From Dictyostelium discoideum (taxonomy: Eukaryota): a stretch of DNA of 64,000 nt. The DNA lies in NCBI GenBank assembly GCA_000004695.1, contig CM000151.3, positions 1,472,001-1,536,000 on the forward strand, written 5' to 3'. A program made the position numbers and the translations under genes. The notes below the pieces were generated by a model. The model was given only the letters and a program-made list of their open reading frames with translations. It searched no databases and was not told the origin of the DNA. This document shows positions 31,262 through 43,536 of the stretch, piece by piece (the first letter of the stretch is position 1; each line of letters starts with the position of its first letter).

Positions 31262-31628
31262 GAAACTAATCTTAAAAAAAAAAAAATGTTAATGAAAATA
31301 AAAAATGAATTTAAAAAATGTGTGTGATTCCACTATGAAATTAATTAAAAATAATAAAAAAAAAAAAATAATAAAAAAATTGAAAAAAAAAAAAATAAAA
31401 AATAAAAATTTAAAAAAAATAAAATTTTTAATTAGAAGAAAACAAGAAAAAAAAAAAAATTAAAAAAAAATAATTAAAAATAAAAAAAAAAATGAAAATG
31501 AAAAAAAAAAGATTTTCTTTTTTTTTTTTTTGATTGATTAATATTAAATTTTATTTTTTTTATTTTATTTTTTTTTTTTATTTTATTTTTTCAATTTTTT
31601 TTTTATTTTTTTTTTATTTTATTTCTTT

Positions 31629-31959
31629 TTATAAATATTCATTTACAAATTGTTTAACATTCTCTTCTTTTGCTAAATCTTCTTCTACTAAAGTTTTTGG
31701 TTTTGGGCCATCCTAAAAAAAAAAAAAAAAAAAAAAAATTATATTAAATAAAATAATGATGTTTAAATTATAAAATCCAGGGATTCCACGATGAAAAAAA
31801 AAATTTTTTAATTATTTTTTTAATAATTACCTTTGTTAAAAGCACAATTAAAGTTGGAATTGCTGTTAATTTTAATGTTGGATTTGTTCTATATGGATGA
31901 TTTGGGTTTCCACTTAAATCCATTTTTTTTTTTTTTTTTTTTTTTTTATCAGTACCCCC

Positions 31960-31998
<39 letters not shown>

Positions 31999-32125
31999 TA
32001 AATAAATAGTTTTAATTACCCTTCTCTTTCAATTTGACATTCAATATAGGTGATATTTTTTGGTAAATTCTCGAAAACTGAATTTACAATTGGTTCAGCT
32101 AGAATAACCATTATTAGTAAAGTTT

Positions 32126-32159
<34 letters not shown>

Positions 32160-32196
32160 GATAATGATAATGATAATGATAATGATAATGATAATG

Positions 32197-32227
<31 letters not shown>

Positions 32228-32469
32228 AAATAATAATAATAACAATAATAAAAAATAATAATAATAACAATAATAAAAAATAATAATAATAAAAAAAATA
32301 AAAAAATAAACTTACAAACTTGACAATCTCTGCACCATAATGAGCAAGTGGTTTTATCGATACTTGAAATAAATTGAACAAAAACAGTTTCATTAGATTT
32401 TAATGAATCTTGCAAAGTTTTATCAAAACCATCTGCGTTTGTAACAACGATTTTATTAACTAAACCCAT
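31629..32469 (-). CDS. Thioredoxin-fold protein of the TXNDC17/TRP14 (Clot) type. Four exons: complement(32316..32469), (32020..32098), (31831..31912), (31629..31712).
   Basis: The spliced protein is MGLVNKIVVTNADGFDKTLQDSLKSNETVFVQFISSIDKTTCSLWCRDCQV/SEPIVNSVFENLPKNITYIECQIEREG/GNPNHPYRTNPTLKLTAIPTLIVLLTK/DGPKPKTLVEEDLAKEENVKQFVNEYL*. It parallels TXNDC17 ([52 protein letters not shown]). The donors are GTAAGT, GTAATT and GTAATT, the acceptors are all AG, and the phases are consistent. Total CDS is 399 nt. Confidence 0.7.
32129..32224. repeat. (GATAAT)16 hexanucleotide microsatellite inside intron 1 of the TXNDC17-like gene.
   Basis: There are 16 perfect tandem copies of ataatg/gataat in the sequence. 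The ORF track turns them into artefactual poly-MI and poly-HY peptides (32050..32283, 32125..32469 tail). Confidence 0.9.
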
Positions 32470-32499
32470 TTTAGTGTGCGTATTAAATTAAAAAAATTG

Positions 32500-32533
<34 letters not shown>

Positions 32534-34527
32534 GTGGTTTTTTTCATTTTTTTTTTTTATCAAATTAAATGAAAAAAAAAATCTGAAAAAAAAATAAAAA
32601 TAAAAAATAAAAAATAAAAATAAAAATAAAAAATAAAAATAAAAATTAAAATAAAAAAAAAAAAATCAGATCACGATGGTGAAATTATTTTTGGGAAATT
32701 AAAATTCTATGTATGTTTATATTCTGTTTAAAAAAAGTGTAAAAAAATAAATAATTGTTAAACAAATTTAAAAAAATAGTATTGAATAATCTTATTTTAA
32801 AGATAAAAATAAAATTAATAATAAAAAAAAAAAAACAAAAAAATTTTCATTGGTTTAAATTATTTAAAAAAAAAAAAAAATAGAGGGATTTTTATTTTTT
32901 TTTAAAAAAAAAAGAGGAAAAAAAAAAAAAAAAAAAAAAAAAAAGAAAAATTAAAAATTAAAAATTAAAATAATAATCTTTTTCCAAAATTGGTCATTTT
33001 AAAATTTGAAATCTAGATAAAATATTGATATGTTTTTGAAGTTGATCCACCAATTTGGAAAATTTTTAAAAAAATCTATAGAAAAGGCATTAATAAATAG
33101 TTTGTATATTAAATAAAGTTTCTGAAATAATAATTATTAATTATGGTAATTTTAAAGTTTGAAAGATTTTTTTTAACTGTTCATTTTTTAAAAAAATTTT
33201 TACTTTTATCTTCTTACTATTTATATTTTGATTCTTATTTTTTTTAAAATAATAATAATAATAATAATAATATTAATTTTAATTTTTTCATTTTAAAAAT
33301 AAAATATTTATTTTTAAATTAAAAAGGAATTGTGGGCATCACAATTAGTATAATTAAAAAAATAAATATATTTTTTATATATGTGAAATTAATTTTAATT
33401 GGATACCAAATACTTCTTCAATAACTCAAACATTGGCAATAAGTAGTAATAATTATAAAATTATTAAAATCAAAAGCCAACAAACGATTATGTTTATTTA
33501 AAATAAATCTGATAAAAAAAAAAAAAAATACTTTTTTTTTTTTTTTTTTTTTTTATTTATTAAAATAAATATATTATTTTATTAATTTTTATATTTTGAA
33601 TTTTAATTTAAAATAGTAAAGCCAAACAAAAAAAAAAAAAAAAAAAACAAAAATAAAATATAACAAAAAAAAAATAAAATAAAAAAAAAATAAAATAAAA
33701 ACACCATATCCATCAATATTATCTAAATTTAAACCACACACATAAAAACACAAACAAAAATTAAATTAATAAAATCCACACAAACTAACAAATAGGGAGA
33801 GACATTTTTTTTTTATTTTATTTTTTTTTTATTTATATATATATATATATATAAATATTATTTTTAATGTGATGACTTATAATAATGATGATGATTATTT
33901 AATTATTATTTTTAATGGTGATTTTATATAATTATAGATAATATATATGTGGTGTTGTTTTTGTTGTTGTTTTCAATTTTTTTAAAATTTAATAAAATAA
34001 TAATTGAATAAACGTGGGTACAATGAATTAAAATAATTTTTACTAATGAATTGTATATATGTGTCGCATAGAGAGATATAAAAAAATGAGGTTGATATTG
34101 TTGGTCGTTTAAATAAGGGTAAATGTGGGGGGTGATAGTGGTGGTGTTTGATTTTATACATTTTAAAAAAATAAAATTATAATATTGGTATCTCTTTATA
34201 TTTTATCCATATAGGGGAATGGATTGATACAAATTTATTATTACTTTTTTCTTTTTTTTACAAACAATCCTTTTTTTAATTTATTTTATTTTTTATTTTT
34301 TTTAAATAAAATAAAAAAAGAAAAAAAAAAAAAAAAAAATTTTGTCTTTTAAAAAAATAATAATAATTCAATTACTATAAATTCAATTTATTTGTTTTTC
34401 TTTAATTGTATAAAATTTAATTAAATATAAAGAGTTTTTATTTTTTTTATTTAATTTAATTTTTAATTTTTTTTTTTTATATATTTTTTTTTCATAAAAA
34501 AAAAAAAAGGTATATCCAAACAGTTGC

Positions 34528-34561
<34 letters not shown>

Positions 34562-34876
34562 TATTATTATTTTTTAGTTAATACACATTCCAAATTCAAT
34601 TAATCAAGTTGATATTTTTTTTATTAAAAAAAAAAAGAAGTTGAACCCCCTATCATATAATTATTGTTATTTTCATATTATATTTATCTTAATTTCAAAA
34701 ACCACATTTTCAAAAAAAAAATACCCACTACACACTACACTGTCATATATTCACACCGCTAAACTAATAAAATTATACACATACAAAAACTCACACAATT
34801 TAAAGTCACACACACCACAAATAATTTATAAATATAAAAAAAAACAATTAAGTTTATTAATAAAAATAAACTCTAG

Positions 34877-34924
<48 letters not shown>

Positions 34925-35097
34925 ATATAAAAGTTTTTTTTTTTTTTTAATTATTAATTTCAAAAAATATTAAACCATTTTGTAATATAAAATCCATCTT
35001 AAAAAAAAAAAAAACTTTTTTTTTCAAAACAAAATTTTTCTAAACATTTTTTAAAAATAAAATAATTAAAAAAAATAAATTAATAAATAAAATAAAA

Positions 35098-35186
35098 ATG
35101 ACAATCATAAGTAAGTTTTTAATTTATTTAATTATTTTTAAACAAAAAATTTCTATAAATATTTCAAATTTACTAATCAAAAAATC

Positions 35187-35217
<31 letters not shown>

Positions 35218-35464
35218 ATAATTTTTATTAGATAATATTTCTACATTTGGATCAAAAAATAATATGGCAAATGCAACTCAAAAAATTGATTTCCAAAATA
35301 CAACAAATCAATTAAATACATCAAATAATATTTCAAATTCATTACAATCCAGTGCTAAAATCAATACAACATGTGATAATTCTTGTAGTCAAAATGATAT
35401 AATCATAGGTGGATACAAACTACCAAAAAGTAGTGAATTACCATATGATTGCACAATTTGTTGA
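35098..35464 (+). CDS. Small Cys-containing hypothetical protein (~81 aa) with two exons, 35098..35110 and ~35231..35464.
   Basis: ATG ACA ATC ATA A|gtaagt, a 120-bp AT-rich intron, then ..ttattag|AT AAT ATT TCT.. joins in frame to the printed ORF (MANATQKIDFQNTTNQLNTS..CDNSCSQNDIIIGGYKLPKSSELPYDCTIC*). The model is weak and there is no homology inference. Confidence 0.3.
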
Positions 35465-35845
35465 AAATAACAAAGTGCTCTCAACTTTAATATATAAATA
35501 TACTTTATTTTAAAATATTATTATAATTTATTAATAATAATATTTCAAATAAACAAAAATTTTTTAAAATTATAATAATATAATTAAAAAATACATATCG
35601 ATAAAAAAAAAAAAAAAAAATTTAAAAAAAAAAATAAAATAAATTAAAAAATTTAAAAAAAAAAAAAAAAAATATAATTTAATTATTTGTATTTTTTTGA
35701 AAATAAAAAATAACCCTTTTATATTTTTTATTTGTAAAAATATATATATATAAAACCCCCCCCTTTTTTATGGTAATTATTTACAAAATATTTATATATA
35801 TATTAATTATTTTTGAAATATTTTTTTTTTTATTTAATATTATTT

Positions 35846-36928
35846 TCAAAATAAAATTAATAAAATTAAAATTAAAGTTAAAGTCAATGATAATGAAATT
35901 AAATAATTTGAATTTGAATTTGATCTTTTTTGATTAGTTTTACGATTTGAACCACCATTATAGTTTGGATTTGCTGCATCTGGATTTACAAGGGAACCAA
36001 CATCAGTATCACATTTTAAAGATTTATAGTATGCTGATTTTCTTTGATCAAAATGTTCAGAAGCAAAGCAATTGTAACGATAACATTCCCAAATTGGATA
36101 ACAATCTTTACAAGTTAATGGTGAAACTGATGAACATCTTTTATCTTTCATACATTTTACAAATGAATTTATAGCTTGTAAACATCCATCATGTACCAAT
36201 GTAGTATTTGAACCCACACATTGTTTGTGACCGTCATTATTGCACATACAAACCCCAGTACCACAATCACCATCAACATAACACTCACTACCATATTTAT
36301 CATTACGTCTACAGATTTTATGTACTTTATCACACTCATCACCATTGAACACATCGCACAACTCTGGATTACCTCCACATGGGGTTGCGGTTTCTCTTGA
36401 ATATTTAGCAACACATTCATTCTTTTGGCAAATATGAGTGATTGGACACATTGAGTCACGGTCACATTGGTTACCTAGTACTACTGGTGAGCAGGTATTG
36501 GAATTCTCTTCACAATAATGGTTGAATGGACATTGAGAATCTGATGTACAATTACCATTATTAAGAACACATTTATAAAATTTGCATACTGATCCTTCAC
36601 CACATGTTCCACTATGACCCTCACCACAATCATCACCATTCTTTAAGTTTATATCACAAGTACCACTAATACATTTACCAATATTATTAAAAAACAATCC
36701 ACATTCTTCATCAGATTCACATGGATCACCAACTTGGACAATCTCTTGACATTTATTATTTTTACAAATATTTGGATATTCACAATCTGAACTTGATTGG
36801 CAATCTTCACCAATCTTTAATAAACTTATTAATGGACATTGTTCACTTCTTCCAAATATTTCACTATTACTTATACTAATCAAAAATATTAATGATATTA
36901 AAATTATTATTATTTTTATATTTTTCAT
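35846..36928 (-). CDS. Secreted protein with cysteine repeats (EGF/Dickkopf-like C-x-C modules), a signal peptide and a likely GPI anchor.
   Basis: The signal peptide is [22 protein letters not shown]. Cys modules recur ([21 protein letters not shown]; [23 protein letters not shown]; [23 protein letters not shown]; [19 protein letters not shown]). The C-terminal [24 protein letters not shown] hydrophobic tail suggests a GPI-attachment signal. Confidence 0.55.
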
Positions 36929-37484
36929 TTCTTTTTTTTTTTTTTTTGTTTAAATATTATTTGAACAAAGAAATAGAAAAAATAAAAAATTATATTTGTT
37001 GTTTTAAAAAAAAAAAAAAAATTAAACAAATATAAATAAAAATTATTTTAATTGTTGTTTAAATAATAAAAAATTAAACAAAAAAAAATAATAAAATAAA
37101 ATAAAACAAAGATGGAAAAAGGAATATTACTATTTTTTAAATTTTTATTTTAAAGTTTCAAATATATAAAGGTGATTTATTAAACCAATAATTTAACTAA
37201 CAAATATTTTAAAATGGTAAAAATACAAATAAATGGGGTACATTGTGTAATTTAATCAAATTTAAAATTAATTTTTTATAATATTATTAAAAAAAAAAAA
37301 AAAAAACCACACTTGTTTGTAGAATCTAGAAAATGTGGTCATCATACATCCTTTTTAAGTGAATTTCTATTAACAATTTATTAATTTATTGATATTTATT
37401 TGTTTTTTTTGTTTTTTTTCTATATACATCTGATTATCTTTTTTTTTTTTTTTTTTGTTTAATTAAATTAAACAATCAATTTTA

Positions 37485-37521
<37 letters not shown>

Positions 37522-37529
37522 ATAATATT

Positions 37530-40230
37530 TTAATATTGATTGGAATTATTTAAAACTTGAATCATTTTTTTAATTGTATTAAATTGAGATGATACTAAAG
37601 AGGTAGTTTGTAAATTAAATTTTGATCTAGCTGGGTATAACCAAGGTTTAATTACACTAATGAAAGAAGTTGTAGTTGGTCTAAGAATTGCTTCCCAATC
37701 TGGTTGTTGATTCTTTGGAATTGATGAAGTGATAGCAATATCAAGTGATAAAAATAAGCCTAATAATGTTGTAAATCCCAAAGCAGCTGAACCTCTTGAT
37801 AATGGCATAAAATTATACCAATAAAATGAAAGACATAAAATCAAATCACTAATTTCATCTAATAAAATTGATTCTTGATTCGATGGTGATGGTGATGGTG
37901 ATGATGATGATGATGATGATGAATTATCTATTAAATCTTCTTTAGAATTTATAATATTTTGATAAATAAAAACTTTATCAATTAATTGATCCCAAATAAT
38001 ATCTAATTCTTGAGAGTATTGTTCCCAACGATATGGTGTACTTGGTGTACGAATTGCAAATTCATAACCTTCTGGATGAATATATTGCAAAGTTAAACGA
38101 GTACCTTCCATAACTTTATTTTCATTTGACCTACTATAGCATGGAGTCACAACAAAGAAATCCTTTTTAATTAATTTATATAGATCTTTACAGGTGGTAG
38201 CAGATTCCAATTGATCTAGAATCGTTTGATTTGAAATTAAAGATGGATGTTGAATTGGTAAGAGTAATTTCATGATTTCAAATGATTTTTCAAACATTGG
38301 ATAATATCTTACCACCTTACATTGACCAGTGATAATTGGAGTATGTGAACCGAAACCCTCTTTAAACTGCTCTGGACTTAATAGATCACCCCACCAAACT
38401 GGATCATTTGGTTCAGAGATTTGACGCCACTTTACACCTATATCATAGAGATCTCTCCAACTAAATGTATGTTTCTTTGTTGAAACTGAACTACTTTTAC
38501 CATCCAATTGGAAAACGCTACTCTTTTTATTACCTGATAACCAAAGTTTTTTCAAAGTTTGTGCCATTTCAATCACTGATAGACCACATTGTAGTTTTTG
38601 TCTTGAATTTGTTAAGAAACCATCACAATTATATTGCAACATCTCTCCAATACGTTTTGCTTCTTTAAACAATGATAATTGTTCATTATTTAATTGATGA
38701 CAAATTTCAACATCAGCAACTGATTGATTAAAACTTGATTGTAATTGAAAGCCTAAACTAATACTATTGCAAGTTAATGAAGTATTTGGTATACGTTGAC
38801 ATTGAAATGTCTTTAAATAACAATTAATGAATCTATCAATGTTAAATGTTGATAAAGGTGTATTCAAATGATGATGAGTCCATAATGCTATCTCTCTTTG
38901 ATAAAAACAATTATGTAATGGATTAGTTTGTAAAATTTGGTCATAATCCGCTACTGCTTTTCTAAATGCACCAATACTTTGATTTACAATTCCACGGAAT
39001 TGACGTACATCAATGATTGATGATAATTCTTCACCACCACCACCACCACCACCACCACCACTATAATGATTACCAGTTTTAATATTACTACCACTACTAT
39101 TAGCACCACCACTACCATATAATTTTAAAAATAAATTCCAATCTTTAATTGCATCTAAATGACGACCTGAATTAAAGAATAATAAACCACGTAAATGTAA
39201 AGCGTTTGAATAATTTGGACAAATTTCCAATGCCTTTGTAAATGATTGATAGGATGGATCGAATTTACCAAGATCTTTCCAACATTGACCAATGTTTGTA
39301 TGTGAAGCCTCAAAGTATGGATCGATTCTTAAAGCCTCGGTGAATGCTTGATAGGCTTCCATTGGATATCCATTGACATTTAAACAAAGACCAATTCTAT
39401 TCCAAGCCAATTTATGTGATGGTTCAATCGAGGTAACCTTTTTAAAATCTTTTAATGCTCTTTCATAATTTCTCATTTGATAATGAAGTAAACCACGATT
39501 ATAATAAATATCATAATCATCCTCCTTATCGAATGCAACCGCTTGATTAAAATCTTCCAATGCTTCTTGCTCCATTGATTTTGCAACCTTTGATTGACCT
39601 CTACGCTTGTATGCATCGGAACTTGTATTATCCAACTCAATGGCTCTAGAGAAATCATTGATTGCTTCATTCAATTGGCCAAGGAATGCATTTGACGTAC
39701 CTCTACCCAAATACAATGATGGTACCAATGGGTTGTTATCAATTATCATTGTAAACAACTCAATTGCCTCTTCATATTGACCAGCATTAACAAATGTATT
39801 ACCTTGTGATATCAATGTTGCAATATTCTCTGTTGATAATTGTTCTAATAATTTATTTAATTCTTCCATTGAATCAGATTTAACAATAATTCCCCCCTCC
39901 TCCCCCTCTTCCTCTTCATCCTCTTCCTCCTCCCCAATATTATTACCATCTCCTTGTATATGTTGTTTTTGATGAATCTCTGATAATGATAAAGGTGGTG
40001 ACGATAATAAATCATCAATCATCTCTTGTTGTTCTTGTAAAAATTGTTGTTGTTGTTCTTGATAAATTAACATTTGCTGTTCTTGTAAAAATTGTTGCTG
40101 TTGTTGCTGTTGTTCTCTTATTGTCATTGTGTGGAATTGTTGCTGTGATTGTTGTGATAAATAAGGTGGTGGTGATGTTGAAATAAATATTGATGATGTT
40201 GTTGTAGTTTTTGGTGAAGAAATTGAAATA

Positions 40231-40265
<35 letters not shown>

Positions 40266-40862
40266 ATTATTAATATTACTATTAATATTATTATCATCAC
40301 CATCATCATTATCATCAATTGTAACTGATAAATAACCCCATGAATTATTTGCTTTTTTTCTTAAACTATTAACCAATTCAATATCATAATTTGATAATTG
40401 TTTTAAAGCTTTTGCTTTTCTTAATAATGCAATTTTATTATTTGGTTCTTTACATAAAATAACTTCACAATCTTTTATACAATGTTTATATAATTCTAAT
40501 TTATAATTACATGTTGCTCTATTACTAAAATTTTAGTAGGAGGAGGAAATAATAATAATAATAAAAAAAAAAAAAAAAAAAAAAAAAAAGTCAATAAATA
40601 ATTATTTTTTTTTTTTTTTTTTTCCATGAAAAAATTCCATTTTTAAAATTTAATAAATAAAATTAAAAAAATAAAAAAATAAAAAAAATTATTTTTTTAC
40701 ATACCACAATGCAATGATATCATTTGTATTTAATTCTATTAATTTATTTAGTATGTTCATACATTCCACATATTTTTCATTATTATAATATTCAATAGAT
40801 TGAATTTGATATTGATAAATATTTTCACTTTTAATATTTATTGGTGGGCTATTATTAATCAT
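37530..40862 (-). CDS. TPR-repeat protein of ~1050 aa. Two exons, complement(40705..40862) and complement(37530..40524), with a 180-bp intron (gtatgt..ag).
   Basis: The printed ORF (37530..40376) starts mid-TPR. Upstream, ATG at 40862 encodes MINNSPPINIKSENIYQYQIQSIEYYNNEKYVECMNILNKLIELNTNDIIAL, then donor tg|gtatgt. After acceptor ttttag, exon 2 continues CNRATCNYKLELYKHCIKDCEVILCKEPNNKIALLRKAKALKQLSNYDIELVNSLRKKA.., a canonical TPR (..SNRAxCYxKLxxYxxAIxDCxxALxLxPxNxKALxRRAxA). At least eight more TPRs lie at residues ~250-480 (GRGTSNAFLGQLNEAINDFSRAIELD.., AYKRRGQSKVA.., YYNRGLLHYQMRNYERALKDFKKVTSIEP.. and others), followed by a large C-terminal domain of unknown function. Confidence 0.7.
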
Positions 40863-41318
40863 TTTTTTTTTTTTCTAAATTATTTTTATATTTTTACATG
40901 TAAATTATTTTATTTAAAATTATTTTATTTTATAATTATTTATTATTATTTTATTTTTTGTATTTAATTTTATTTTTTTTATTTTTTATTTTAATAACCT
41001 CCAAATAGAAATAAATAAGAGAAAGTAATAATAAATTTGATGAGTTTAAAAAAAATGAATGAATGAAAAAAAGAAATAAAAAAAACACAAAAAAAAAAAA
41101 ATAAAAAAAAAAACATAAAAAAAAAATAAAAAAAAAAACACACACATTATTATTTTATTTTTTATTTTTTATTTTTTTTGTTATTTTTTATTTTTTTTTT
41201 TTTTTTCTACATACACTCCCAAAAAAAAAAAAAAAAAAAAAAAAACAACACTTTTAACACACACTGTGGTCATTTTTTTGATCCGATAATAGCTAAATTT
41301 AGTGGATGTTATTTGGGG

Positions 41319-41358
<40 letters not shown>

Positions 41359-41507
41359 AAATTAAATTTATTATTTTTCCAAATGTAACTATTATTATTA
41401 TTATTATTATTATTATTCTTGTATTTTTAATATAAATAAAAATAAAAAATAAAATATATTTTTATTTTTTTATTATTTATTATTATTATTATTATTATTT
41501 TTTTTTT

Positions 41508-42588
41508 TTAATTAATTTTTACAACTGTTCTAACTGATTTTTCATTAACTAACCATTCTTTTTCAATATCTTTTAAGTCAATTATTTTAATGTCAACTTT
41601 TAATTTACCTTGTTTGGCTAAAAGTAAAAGTTCATTCAAATGCTCTTTGTAATAGGTATGCATTTGGGTTGCAGGGAAACTACCTAAACCCGAGCCAAGG
41701 ATGGAGATTGCAGTACTTCTCAAGGCAGCGGATGGGAGGTTAATTGAGCTACCAGCCATTTCACCAACACTGACGATCTTGGTTACGTGGTATTGTTTTT
41801 GTGCGACAATGGACTTGATGATCATCTCTGTTGGCTGGCCCCATAAATAATCCAAAACGATGTCGATTGGCTGTTTGTCCAATATCTGCTTCATCTGTGC
41901 TGCTACACCCTCTTCAGAATTCAACACCAAAATCTCGTCGACCCCATAGTCAGCTTGGAGTTTCTTTAAGGCCTCTTCGTTTCTACCTGCTGCAATTACC
42001 TTTGAGGCACCACGAATTTTTGCGATTTGGACAGCCACTGAACCAGTTACACCGGTTGCACCATTCACCAATACCACATCACCCTTCTTAATCTCTGCTC
42101 TGAATAACAATGCCATGTCTGAGCCTAACAATGTGTTTGGTAGTGCTGCAGCAATGTATGGATCGACGTCATTTGATAATGGGGCATATTTACCTTTCTC
42201 AACCAAGGATTTCTCTGCAATCATACCATCACCAAAACAATAAACTAATTGACCATCCTCAAGTCTACCAACACCATCAATACCAACTGCTGTTGGGAAT
42301 TTAGTATATTTCATATAATGTCTTCCACTTACTCTTCCACGATCCAATTGTTTAATAGTTGATGCAATCATTGATACTTTAACAAAATCACCATGTTCTT
42401 TTGGTTCTGGGAATTCATCATATTTTGGTGATGTACCAATTTCATATAATACTTTTTTTTTAAAAAATAAAAAAAAATAAAAATAAAAATAAAAAAAAAA
42501 AAGATAAATAATTAGTATATCTGAAAAATCTAAAAATAAAAAAATAAAAAAATAATTATTATTTACCTGCTGCTTTCATTGTTGACAT
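41508..42588 (-). CDS. Medium-chain dehydrogenase/reductase (quinone oxidoreductase / zeta-crystallin-like, zinc-independent type). Two exons, complement(42567..42588) and complement(41508..42451).
   Basis: Exon 1 is ATG TCA ACA ATG AAA GCA GCA G|gtaaat (MSTMKAA). A 115-bp intron follows. Exon 2, after acceptor aaaag, reads VLYEIGTSPKYDEFPEPKEHGDFVKVSMIASTIKQLDRGRVSG.., then the nucleotide-binding motif VLVNGATGVTGSVAVQIAKIRGASKVIAAGRNEEALKKL (GxxGxxG type). The phase-1 junction was verified against the ORF frame. Confidence 0.75.
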
Positions 42589-42603
42589 TTTTTTTAAATA
42601 TAT

Positions 42604-42634
<31 letters not shown>

Positions 42635-43030
42635 TTTCTTTTTTTTTAATTTATTATTACTTTTATTGTTTTTATTGAAAATGAAAATTTTATTTTTTTT
42701 AATTTTAATTTATCCAAAAAAAAAAAAAAAAATGAAATTAAAAAAAAAAAAATTAAAAAAAATAAAATAAAATAAAATTTAGTTGCGAAGTCATAGTGCA
42801 AAAATTTCAGAGTTGATTCAAGAATATTCAGGAGCGATCCTTATTCTGAAAAAGTCTTTTTTTTTATGGGATCCAAATATTTAAAAAAATTATTTTTATT
42901 TTTTTTTTTTATTTTATTTTTTTTTTTTTTATTTATTTTATACTAAATTGGTTTTTATAGTTTTCATCAAAAAAAAAATTTTAATTTTAATTTTTTTTTT
43001 TATAATGGTATATAAATAGCTATTATTTTT

Positions 43031-43071
<41 letters not shown>

Positions 43072-43536
43072 TAAAAAAATCATAAAGTGTAAATGATTGG
43101 TGAAAAGGCATTTCAAAACCGGTTCTTTTTTTGAAATTTCTTTTTTCTCTTTTGCTGGAAAAAAAAAAAAATAAAAATAAAAAAAAAATAAAATTTTTTT
43201 TTTAATATTTTTTTTTTTTTTTTTTTGTTTTTTTTTTTTTTTTTTTGTTTTTTTATTTATATGTTATAAAATTTAATTTATTAAGTTTCTTTTTTTTTTT
43301 TTTTTTATTTTAAAATTACAGCTCACACACAAACACACCACTTGATATTTTAACTTGATATTTTTATTTTTTTTTTTATTTTTTCTTTTTTTTTAAAAAA
43401 ATTTTCTAATTTTTTAAGTTTTTCAATTATTAAATAAAACAATATAAATACACAACTACTTTTTATAAAAATACAATACAAATATAACATACAACAAATA
43501 TAAATAAATAAATAAATAAATAAAATATAATATAAA

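Noticed and set aside
32016-32469. ORFs 32016..32393(-), 32050..32283(+), 32125..32469(-) as separate genes
   Set aside because: They are fragments or read-throughs of TXNDC17-like exons 1 and 2 plus the intronic hexanucleotide repeat. They are replaced by the spliced four-exon model.
34641-34973. ORF 34641..34973 (poly-K tail)
   Set aside because: It is an AT-rich intergenic read-through ending in an A46 tract with no coding signal.
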